NCBI GenBank assembly: GCA_964304625.1
Contig: OZ199839.1
Coordinates: forward strand, 11,128,847 to 11,192,846
Direction: 5' to 3'
Source of the DNA: Kudoa neothunni
Lineage: Eukaryota > Animalia > Cnidaria
DNA: 64,000 bases
The notes beneath the pieces were generated by a model, which ran no database searches, was not told the DNA's origin, and saw only the letters and a list, made by a program, of their open reading frames with translations. A program made the translations under genes and the position numbers. Of this stretch, positions 14,318 to 26,100 are shown in pieces. Every line of letters begins with the position of its first letter. The first letter of the stretch is position 1.

Positions 14318-14913
14318 CATGGGTTCTCAACCAGTGGTAAATTTTATGTGACACGGAGTGAATTAAGTGACATCAAAATTAGATAGAGATAATTTTTGCA
14401 CAATGCGGTTTGTGATTTAATTAAGGATGTCTAAAGAATTATATTATTAGGGACTATTAAACTCAATAAGGAGTTTTATGAAATGCTTAAAATGTTTTTA
14501 GGAATAATTATTTAACAACTTTTTGTAAAACCACGATCAGTCTCTTTGTTTGATGCCTCTTTTATCTTTTATTGATGTAGCTTGATAACAATAATGCTTA
14601 AAATGGCTATTTGCATTGTAAATAATATTTAGATGTCATTGGTTTTGATTATTCTTGACCTCAAAGAGTGAAGGAGTGGGCCAGAAATAATTTTATTTAC
14701 GAAAATTCAAAAAATTAAATCTATTTACAGCTTTTGAGTAAGAGTTGATGGAATTAAAACTTGTCGTTATATAGGTGTACAGGCTTTTTAGGATTAGAAT
14801 TTACCGTGCAAACAGTCTTAGCCTTAGCAAAACAAGTATAAAACCCTAAAGTAAATATGAATTTGGCTTCCAAGATAAGGGGGTAAATTTGACAAAACAG
14901 TTGAAAACCCCTG
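14318..14913 (+). mobile_element. hAT MITE, copy 2
   Basis: CATGGGTTCTCAACC...GTTGAAAACCCCTG; flanks TTCTAGCG / TTCTAACA resemble a decayed 8-bp TSD. Confidence 0.8.
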
Positions 14914-16251
14914 TTCTAACAGATACAGATATCAACAATTCCTTTTGCCTTAATATAGCACATGTAATTTCATGATTCTTCTTCGTAAATGTCACATCGA
15001 CTTTTTATGTGTTGTTCCAGTAAACTATAGGATAGTGGGTCTACTTATTTTACAAAGATCCGATGTAAGCATGTATTTTTCATAAAATAAATACATTGTA
15101 GTAAATATTTGTTTTTCATTGAACTGATATGTACACGCTGAATATTCGTAAGTATTTCTTAAAAGGATTTTTCTAAGTACAATTAATCGATTTATGGTTA
15201 TGGTTAAGTTGCAGAATAGGGCCGTAATCCAAATCAACGACAACGGGCAAAAACGAATCTGTTAAATATTTTATTACTGAGTATTTATAAGAGTCGAATT
15301 TCTAGTGGGGTAACTTCGACAACAGCTATTTGTCGTCAAAATAATGATTACCGTGATCTGTTATACAGTAACTTACGGGTAGCGCGTAATCAAAAAGGGA
15401 AATCAAAACTATTACGCACGACACAAATGCATAAAAACTAATGATATTTTAATTTTTCTAAAGTTAAATCGAGGAAATATGTTACTTTTGTTATAAAGTT
15501 TACAGATTATAAATCAAATTTTCTATATATACGTTAATTTATGTTTTATTGCGATATTACGTTCGACCCATAAGTCACTGTATGTCGAACTTCTAGCTCC
15601 TCACGATTATTTCAACAGAATGCATCGCCAATTAAGCCGGTTCGAATAAAGGATGCTTGATGTGTTCTAAAATTGAAGTTGGAGTACTCTGATTTTGATA
15701 CATTATCACAATATATCCTTAGCGACTGTCTATTGTATCAATTTCTTCTCTATAAGAATAAGAATTTTATATTTAATATAAAAATTAGCTAATTAATTAT
15801 GGCAAATGCATAACATTAATATCAACAAAAATTTATTGGATAAAATTCAGACATTGCTGCCGTTAAGTGTTCAAACAATATCACACTAATTTGATTTAAA
15901 AAATTTAAGATTAATGTGCGAGCTACAGCTAAAGTAATGGGCCGCTCATACATACACATACATTAGTTATTCTACATATTAAAAGGTTCTACAGTATTTG
16001 AAATGATTTAATATTATTATTACTCTTTTTAAATAATTTAGAAGCATAATTAGTACGAAAAACGAAAAATAAAAAGTCACGCGAGGATCAGTCACACGTA
16101 CCTTTGTACCTTTTCGTGTTGACTGTGTGATTAAATTAAGCGTTTTCTTTCTTTTTTTACCATGATTAAACAATTAATAAGTCTGTATAGTTATATAAAT
16201 GTGGCAGCTAGTTGAAAAATGAAGGATACACATAGACACATGCTGTAGATA

Positions 16252-18266
16252 CAGTAGTGCCGGGATATTACGCACTTTTTTGGGGCATACCTTTTAGGTG
16301 TGTAGTATCCCTGCAGTACGCAGTATCCATGTTCGTGTGCGCGTTATGCCAGATAGATAATAATGAGGAGCTGTCATTTGTTGTATTTAAAAATTAAATT
16401 TTCTTCCATATATTAATGATAACTCGTAAATATTTAGATAAAGTTTAATGTTAAACAAAAAACAACAAATATCAAATAAATATATTAAAATTATTCGAGA
16501 ATATGTAGATTTATTTAAACAGTCAGCTATTTTATCATTTTTTTACGAACCGTGTTTTATTTTACAGACGGAGAAATTCAATTTTGCTTTATTTTCTAAC
16601 ACAAGTAAGTCATGAGCAGAAATATTTTCTGTTCATTTATTTAAATGTTCAATGACTAGATTAATGGCAAAAATGATGCCAATTTTTTCATAATTTCCAT
16701 CAGTAAACCGATTTACTCATTACGTCGACTTCAGTATTTATTGAGTTAACATATTTATCCTCTGAACCTTTAAATGAAGTAATTTCTTCTATATTAACCC
16801 GACCTTCAGTTTGATTTCATTTCATTTCTCTAGGGAATCACGTCCAATCGAAAGAATAATGCATCCTGATCCGTAATTATTAACAAGAATGATTTTTTAA
16901 AACCGTTTTTGGTCGTTTCTTCACCCATTATTTTCCACACTTCTTTCATCGTGTACATATCATCAAATTAATCTGGTGGATCATTATTTAAATTTTTATC
17001 AAAAATACTAATGGAATTAACTCTGACTTTATTTATCAAATAATTCGTCAGATGATTTTTGTAAATGTATTAAAAACTGTTAATACCTCCTTGACCTAGT
17101 CATTGTAAATACATAGGTTGTTTCTTGTGGAGTAAAACAGAGTTGCACATTTGGAACATTTAGCATTTGGTGAGTTGGGAAATTTGTAATAAGTAATATG
17201 ATTCTCTTACATTAAAAAGTTGTAGCTTCTATACCACCATATATTTGAAAAAAAAGTCTTCCTTTTTTTAGTGTAATAGGTATGTGAGAGTTCTTTTATT
17301 TCACACAAGCATCAAGGTTTTTCATGATTGCAAATTATTAATAAGAGTCTTTTTTCTGGCATCGAGTAGATCACAACGATTGTTATTTTCTCTTTGGGTT
17401 TTATAGAACCGCGCAAGTTTTCCTCCATTTCAAATTTATAACCATACATTAAATTTCGCACAGAAATGTAAATTTAAACGATATTTTACCTTTTCTCTGG
17501 TAAAATAGTCCAGTTTCATCCAATTAAAAAATATCTTTTCGATCAACTTCATCAGTTGATCTTTCCATGAAGAAATTATTTCAGGAACAGCATTCCTGAA
17601 TTCACCTATAAATTTGTTGTTTTCAACTCAATTCTCGAAGAAAATCCTTAAAAACAACCTCTATCTGTCTCTACCAATCTTAGCGATTGTGTTTTAACTT
17701 CATATGAATAATTGTAAACCTTTTTAATTATATCATCCTGAGAGAGTTCGCTATTACGTGATCTCAGTAGCTTAATCCACTCTTACACCTTAGAATCTAA
17801 AATGTTTAAATTATTTTGTCTTAAGGTTTCCCAGCTGTGTTCTAGGCGCATAATGTTACAATCATTCAGAATATTGTTTATTTAATATTATGCTGTTTAA
17901 GGAAGATTTCGATTTTAATTCAAATTTCTCAACGGTTTTAGCGTTTGAGCCACTAAATTTATTCATATCATCATAATAGTTTATTATTTTAACTCTAACA
18001 TCTAACTATCGATACCTTCTCTGACTTCTTGATTGCGTATTAACCATGTGGTTGGATTTAATTGGGGGATTTTTAACGCTTAGAAAGCATGCAGCCAAAT
18101 TTTCTCTACCCTCGGTCATATTTTCAAAAATAACATCACATGATTCAACATTTTAAAGTGTTTGTTACTATAGATAACAACATTGTGTATTTTTATTAGG
18201 GAACATTGCCATAATAACATCATAAAGTGTGTGGTACCCCTGCTAAGCAATAACCCTGCACTACAG
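16252..18266 (-). mobile_element. Decayed pogo/Tigger-like DNA transposon with disrupted transposase
   Basis: TA-flanked TIRs (CAGTAGTGCCGGGATATTACGCAC / ...AATAACCCTGCACTACAG). Minus-strand remnants: CENP-B-type HTH (EWIKLLRSRNSELSQDDIIKK) and DDE_1-like (IILLITNFPTHQMLNVPNVQLCFTPQETT), with many stops. Confidence 0.75.
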
Positions 18267-18991
18267 TACATAATAATGTGGTTTATAATGATTTCCTCTC
18301 TAATTGATAGAAATATAAATGACGCAATGACAATCCCTCCCCAATGATTCAGAAACGAATAATGATTGTATTGATCGAAAATTGAGTATTTCAGAGGTGA
18401 CCTTATTTTATTTAGAAGGGTTTGGCAACTATTTTAAACATCATGGTTCGAAAAAATGGGAATTAATGTATGATTCTATTCCACATATTCATTCATTTTT
18501 AAATCGTAATGTTAAACAAAAAATCATTGTCTTTTCATTGATATTTAAGTTGTAGCTAGTTCTATATTTAAACATTTTGTGCGCATGCGCAAAATGTATA
18601 CAGTCCGGCCGGGACCGGTAGTACGTAAAATTCACTCATCCCCCTGGGGATTATGTACGACTGATCCATTACTGTAATTACAATCTTTATTCGGTAAATA
18701 CGACCAATATTCTGAATTTTAACCTTGGTTATATGTACCTAGTTGAGCTTTCACATACACAAAGTTTATTGTTTACACATAAATATTGTGTAGTGTAATA
18801 ACCTTAATATTATAGTTGGATGTAGTTGTTCCACTTGTTATAAAACGTGTCTTTATTATATATTGATTTTATTTAAAAATGTAAAGCAGAAATAAAAACC
18901 ATCAATCAAGTTGTTGTTATTTACTAAAATGACTCAACTCTTGATAAAAAAGGTAACATATATAATGGACATACGTTTTAAAAAAATAAAG

Positions 18992-19122
18992 TATAATGAA
19001 TGGTTGTGTGGGGGGTTCAAACCTGCGAGCCATAATTTGAAAGGCGGCGATGCCATACCTCCCTGCTCTCGATTTCGCGCATTTTAACCTGAGTTACAAC
19101 CCTCATCTAACCGACCATTACA
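18992..19122. repeat. ~130-bp short element, copy 1 (solo-LTR-like or tRNA-derived)
   Basis: Ends TATAATG...CATTACA; flanks TAAAG/TAAAT; GGTTCAAACC box; homologous to 23027-23161. Confidence 0.55.
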
Positions 19123-20108
19123 TAAATTATAAAATAATAAATTAAACTAATCTACTTCTTCAAGTTGACGATATTATGTTAATTTAATTTTTTCTTGGCC
19201 TAATGTGTTTTAGATTTTTAGTTTAATGATAAATTCACTATCTAACCTTTAACATCCATATCGCCATTAATATGTAGCCCCTTGGTTATTATTGTATTCT
19301 ATAATTGTTGGAAAAACCTTTTGAGAAATTAGGTCTTAAATAATCAAGTTTTTTTATACTGAAATGTTTTCACTCAAAATTTTTAAACTAAAATTATTCA
19401 TTGAATATTTCATCAATTTCAAGTTCTTTAATAAAACTAACATAATTTCTTTCACAGCGATTAAAATACTTTTTAAATCATTTAAGGAGGAATTTTTATG
19501 AGATTTTGCTAGAGCTGTTTTCAGAAAAGTTGATCCAATAAGAAAATAAGCCGCAATATCTTCAAAAGCGTGCAATTATTAAATGAATCAATCTGCATTT
19601 TTTAAGTCAAATCATTTAAGAAACCAACTCCAATTTGATCAAATAATAATTATATTATTAATCTGAGATTGATCGAACAGTAATAGATACAATTTATTTG
19701 AAAAGACAATTTCGAGCGATAAACTGCTCAGTCTCATTTGGATTTTATACAGCTTATCACAGATATTACTAGTTATTGAGAATTGTACATGATATTGGTT
19801 GGGTGAATTTAATCTTGTGGGTGTACGCCTGCGTGTTCTCTTTTTCACTGTAATATCTCCTATGTATATTTGATAGATCTAGTTGATTTTTTATAATATA
19901 TCATAATTAACTATTTCTGATCCATCCCTACAATTTAATCATTACAATTTATAAATGATGGCAAAAATTAATTCTAACTGGATATTATTGTACATGAGAA
20001 CAGTCACTTTCGTTAAATATTGGTCGATGCGCACGCACGTACATTAGGTGTTAAGGAACAACGCTGCTTACTGTAACTTTTCTTTAAAAATATAGTTAAA
20101 TTAACGCA

Positions 20109-23100
20109 ATGCAACCATTATCTGAAGCAGAGAGTTTAAAGTAAGCATTATTAGTTCTCAAAATTGACTCTCTAACACCATAAAAGTGATATATCCAGAG
20201 ATTTACAACATTTGGCCGATCAAAACAATTCATCCAATGATAGCATTGATACTTATAACAATTTGAAAGAGTTGAGAGAATCGTATATAGTTTGATTTTG
20301 TACGCATAATTTTGACTGGTTGTACAGAGTTTTGACAAGATTGGAGCAATTTATTGTCGCACATCCAAGCAAGAATAATAAAAAGTTGATGGAATTTGTT
20401 TGGAAAAAAATCTGCTATCCAAAACTTTCTCGATTGAGACCATATTTGGATTTGAAATCGACAAAAGTTCTTCCGGTATGTTTATTGTCGGTGTTTCAAG
20501 CAGATACCACTCCAGTCGAATTATTCATTAATAATATTTGAAAATTAATAGTACGACAGCAGTAAGAGAAATGATTATGTGATTTTATTTTTGAAAATAA
20601 TTGTCGAATTTCTACATTTTTTCCAAACAACCGAGAACAAAATTGCTGAAAAACGAAGCGGCATGGCTTCTGGTAGACAATAACCATTACGCTTTTTTTT
20701 AATTTTTATTTATTTCACTTTGTGATAGGCGATAAAGCTGATGATGCTTACCTTAAAGAAACTCAATTTATGTGCAATATTTGGTGTGGCGATTTGTGTG
20801 AGTTGACGATCCACAATAATTAGCTTTAGTAGTTAATTCATTATCTTCCTGTGTAGATCGTTATCTGTTCAATTATGAGGATACAGCTCTTAATTTCGAT
20901 AATGCTGTAAAATTCTATCGAAGAGCATTTCTTGTGGACACCAACAATGGTGATTTATTTCAACAAATTATCTTACTTTGATTGTTCAAATAGATTCCAG
21001 TTACAATCAATTGGGGAGTGCTTTACAAAATTGATGAGGATTATTTTATGTCGATGTTCTACCTGATAAAAGGGTATTCCAAGGTGGACGTTTTTAGCAG
21101 TATAATTTGGTGTGTTATTAAGTTGTCTTAATACCGAAGATCCCTCCAGTTTAATCTCAAAAAACAAGGATTTAACATTTACCGCATTAAATAAAGCCTA
21201 CAGCTCGCTTTCTGCTGCTGCTGCTGCTACCACCACCAACAACAATTATTCAAATGATATAGAGGAGTACCATTTTTTATGCCTGTCTCTGTATTTAGCA
21301 TACTATTCTGTAATGTTTAGCCGTGATATAGTTGTATTCAAGTACGGGGTTATAATGTTGGTTTGTATGTGGTTGGGACTTTCCAAGTAATTGAAATTAA
21401 ACGGATATATCCTTCATCATGCGAAATACAGGGGGGTAGTCGCAGACAGCAAGTCTTTTCTTGATGACATCAAAAAACTTCAAGAAAAGATACTATCAAA
21501 TATGACCACCAAAATACAGTTTATGAGTGCCGAAGATTTGAGTATTTATTCCAAAACATATATTCTCCTAATTGATTTTTATTGCAAATATTAAAGCATA
21601 TAAATTGGATTTATTATTAAATTTTTAATCGTTGTAATTAATGCCCACTGAAATTTCATTTGAAAAAATACGCGCGCTTGCTTGCGTGTATTTTTCCGTC
21701 ATATATTAACCCTTGGATTCGCGCGCCAATCTTTGTATTATTTGTGTATAAAAATTGTTATTAGGCATGTTACATTTGGTGTATGTTAGACAGAATTTTA
21801 TCTACATTTAAAAAAAAGCATTATCCACCGACCGACACAATAAAGTTAATTGAAGGTTTGGCGAAATTACACAAAATATACCTACCAGGTTTTACAACCA
21901 AATAATAGAAAGGTGGACGCGCGAATCTAATGGTTAGCCGTTAAAGGTTAATGTTAGATTGTTAATTTTTATATAACGTATCATAGTTACTCGATTTTTA
22001 TTATTTTGTTAAAACAACGAATAATTAACTACGATTAAAATTCCATTTATAGGATTAAATTTTTGAGTCTTTCAACACTTTCTTTGTTGATTGATATTTG
22101 TCTATTTAATATAGATATAAATAAAGAAATTTAATTATCTGTATATAAATTAATAAATTTATTTGTTCAAATAGACGCTGAGGTTGATAAAAAATCATTT
22201 CGACGCTGCTTGGTCTATGTTTGCGTGTTATTGATTGTGTCGTTAGAAAAACTACGAAAAATCGGTAGATATCAATATATACGTCTTTTTGAAGCTCAAA
22301 TAATCCAATAATCACTATCCACATAGATTCAAGCACCTTTAGAATTGCCCTAGAATTTTTTATCGACTTCATCTATCTAACCACAAAATATACTCTGTGC
22401 GTTGTTGATCATATCGTTGGATTGATCAACCAACAACAACTACTTGCATCCCCAAGAAGTAGTGATCAGGTGAACGATGAGGAATTCGTAGCTACACAGT
22501 ATAAAAATGGATATCTTTGTGGACGTCGGGCTGTAAGGAATGTTTCTACACACAATTACCAGCATTTGGTTGATTCTGAATCGGAAATGTCTACCCCTGA
22601 TGAGTTTGATGATACTGTTGGTCCAGTTGACGTTGAAACTGTTATTCACGGTAGTCAACAATTGCCTCATCTAATTGATTATTGTCATTCTCACCATTAC
22701 CTTAGATAAACCAAATAATAAAATGAATGGCGGGTCGTCTATCAAACTCAATTATGCATTGGATCACGCCTGCATGGATGTACTAAAAATGGTGGTCGAA
22801 TGGTTGACAAAATCCTACCATGTTATTCCTGTGATTAATGAAGTAATTTTCTATATTACCTGAGTTGTAAAACGGCTACTCTTAATCCTTGAACTTATAA
22901 AGCACTGCTTCCTAACCTCCTTCCTTACTGGAAATTAATATGGAAATTTACAAGCATTAATAGATAATACTTTGCATTACATAAGTAACAATTAAGCAGA
23001 TTGTAGAGGTGCATCTTAATCATTATTGTAATGAATCGTCGGACGGAGTTCTAACCCTCGAGTTATAGTCATAGCTTAGAAGGCGGTGCGGTAGCACCGC

Positions 23101-26100
23101 CTTGCTGCTAATCTCGAATACATTAGCTTTGGTCACATCCGTTATATAACCAACCATTACAATTAATTTTTTTACTTTTTATCACTTTTGTCTTTAAGTG
23201 TTTGTTTATGTTAAATTATATCATGTGAAAATTCTTAATAAAAAATTTACTTATAACTAGCTTTATCATTAATTGTATTAATAGTTCAAAAGTTTTATTT
23301 CAAATTATATTTAATTTTAAATTGATATTTCTTCTATTTTTCTGGGACTTGTCTCATAATGATCAATTTAATAGATTGTTTTCAAGTATAAAATATATAA
23401 TTCCATCACATATTTATTGAAGGTTTAGATATTGAAAAAATGATTGTTTTGGTGTGTAATGTTTTTTATCATTATGTATAAATCATCTACTACAGGGTTT
23501 CTTAACCAGGGGTAAATTTTAGATGTCGAAAGGTAAATTAAGTAACATCAAAATTGGATATGGGTAATTTTTGCATAATGCGGTTTTTACGTACTCAAGG
23601 ATTTCTAAGAAGTTATACTATTTAAGACTATCAAACTTGTTTAGGATGTTGACTGAAATGCCTAAAATATTTGTTATATAAATTAACTATGGAGTATTTT
23701 ATTTTATAATATATATTAACAATTCTTTAATCGCCAATAAACGAATTATTTTGAGTATTAAACTCCAACAAAGTGTAGAAAATGACGCATAATATAATAA
23801 AATTAAATATTTAATAAGCTTCATAGAATTAATATGAAAATACATCAAAACTTTTAAAAGGGAAATCCATTAAAAACATTTTTGAAGTGAATATTTTCTT
23901 TTAATAATCGAAATATTTTTGTTATATAAAATCTCTATTTTCGTTAATTATTGTGTTTATATACATAAAGAGTTAACAACGGAGGAATTATTATATTATG
24001 GAATGTGAATTCAATCCTATAAACATATTTCTTATATAGATAATAAAAATTTTAAGAATATTTAACGAGATTTTTGTAGTTGTTTTTTATCAATAATTTC
24101 ACGGAAATATGACAAAGTGTTTGAATGAGCGAAACATATATAATTTATTTTGTGACTTGATTTTATTGTAACCAGCGCGGAAAATTTAAATTCTTAAAAA
24201 TAGGCTGCTGTAAAAGGAGTAATCATCCCAGTTGCATAATTTGCAACGATGCGAAATATTTCGTCAAAAATTTCTCGTTTTTATGAAATAAATTCCTAAA
24301 TGACTTTTATTTTTACAAAATATATATTAACACAAGGAAATTTGTAATACAGTGAGAAACCAATTTCGCGAAATCTCCGGGGGGCCAAAGAAAATGCGTC
24401 AAATTAATCACGTAACCGCGTGCGACTATTTCAGAACAAATTTATATTTAATGTTTAAATTGCTTATAAAACGACCAGTTAGCTATTTGTTAATTTTTAA
24501 AATATAATTTAAACTCTAGAAACGTGTCCACAGCAAGAAACTATTTTTCAACAATCTATGAAATACTCACCTTGTTGCCATTGGTAGAATAAGACAGTTT
24601 CGTCTATATGGTAAACGAAATTTTCAGAGTATCGTTTAAAAAATGTTCTGAGTTGGTTGATCCACTCTGAAATAGTTTCAGGCGTTGCGTCAGCAGATTA
24701 TTTAATAAAATTTGATTTTTAAATGGTGGATTTTTTTAAACAACGAAACCCATCACGAATTGCACATGAAGGTAAACCTTTTTTTCATTGGCTAACTAAT
24801 TTCTTTTGTTGATTATCGTGACGACGTTTTCTACATTCTTTTTGTTTCGTGTCCACTCATACACAATCCTCCTCAACAGAATGAGATTGTCCTACGTGAA
24901 AATAATTTCTATTTTTAGATTTTAAAAACAATTATAGGTTCTGATTATTTTATTTTTCATCTCTAGGATGCCATCAAGAGTCGTGATAATAGATATTTTA
25001 ACACATGATACAGGGGCAGATTTGGGATCATTAAATTGGGGACTTTCATAATATTAGTAATATTGTACTTTTCGGCAATAGATATACAATCGTGTCTCGA
25101 TATTGCGTAAAACTTCTAATTTAATATTTCTTACAAAATAACTCATCTACTTTATAATTTTTTATTAATTTATTGATAATTTCGCGCAATGCATCCTTAA
25201 CTTGATGCACAGAAAATAATTCAATAGGATTCTCAAAGACTTAAATTTTCTCGCGGATTTATAAGGTTTTTTACTTGAAACGTTATAACGATTTCATCGG
25301 TGTGTATGAGATCAGGATCTTCACTCTAAAAAGTAAATTTACCTTGATCATTTTAATTTTAATTCAAATGTATAATTTCATTTTCTTCCAAAAAATAATA
25401 TTATTACACATTATTATCTACACACATGAATATTAAAATCTTTCTATTAATTACTTTATAATTTTATTTCGTCGTCACATTACTTTAAAGTTTCATCTTG
25501 CTTGTTTTTCAATAAAAATGCGGAAAAAATCAATTATTTTTATTAAATCTTCATTAGTTATTTAAGAACTTACAATGCTTTTTATAGTGTATCCATCAGG
25601 TTAAAGGGATTAAAGTCAAAAAATGAGTTACACAATAGCGAGACACATGGTTTTTCCTTATTTGCTTTATATCCGCTTGTTCAAAATTTTTGTTTTTTCG
25701 TATAATTATCCATTTAAGAAATGCTGAATATGATTTTTGTTTTATTTGGTGAATTAAATCACATGATGCTTAGAAAATTAAATTATGCAGTGTCGAGTCA
25801 CAACTGTAGTTTTAGGAGGTTTTTGGCATCAATCAGTGACTTAACTAAATAATAAGCAGGGAGTACGTGAAATTGGATAATCACGTGACTTTTAGCTACA
25901 TTATTTTGCAGCTATTTAAAATAATTTTTAAAAAATTTTGGATTAAACGTTTATAAGAAACACTACACAAACAATGAATAATCAATATTCTACCTAAATA
26001 GGTTTTTAAAAAGTGCGTGAAATTGGTTACTTTCTGTATATGTAAATTTATACAAGAAACAATGACGCAAAGGTATATTTAAAAAAATCTAATTATAATT

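Noticed and set aside
18992-19122. Functional tRNA gene
   Set aside because: No complete cloverleaf or anticodon arm; treated as a repeat.
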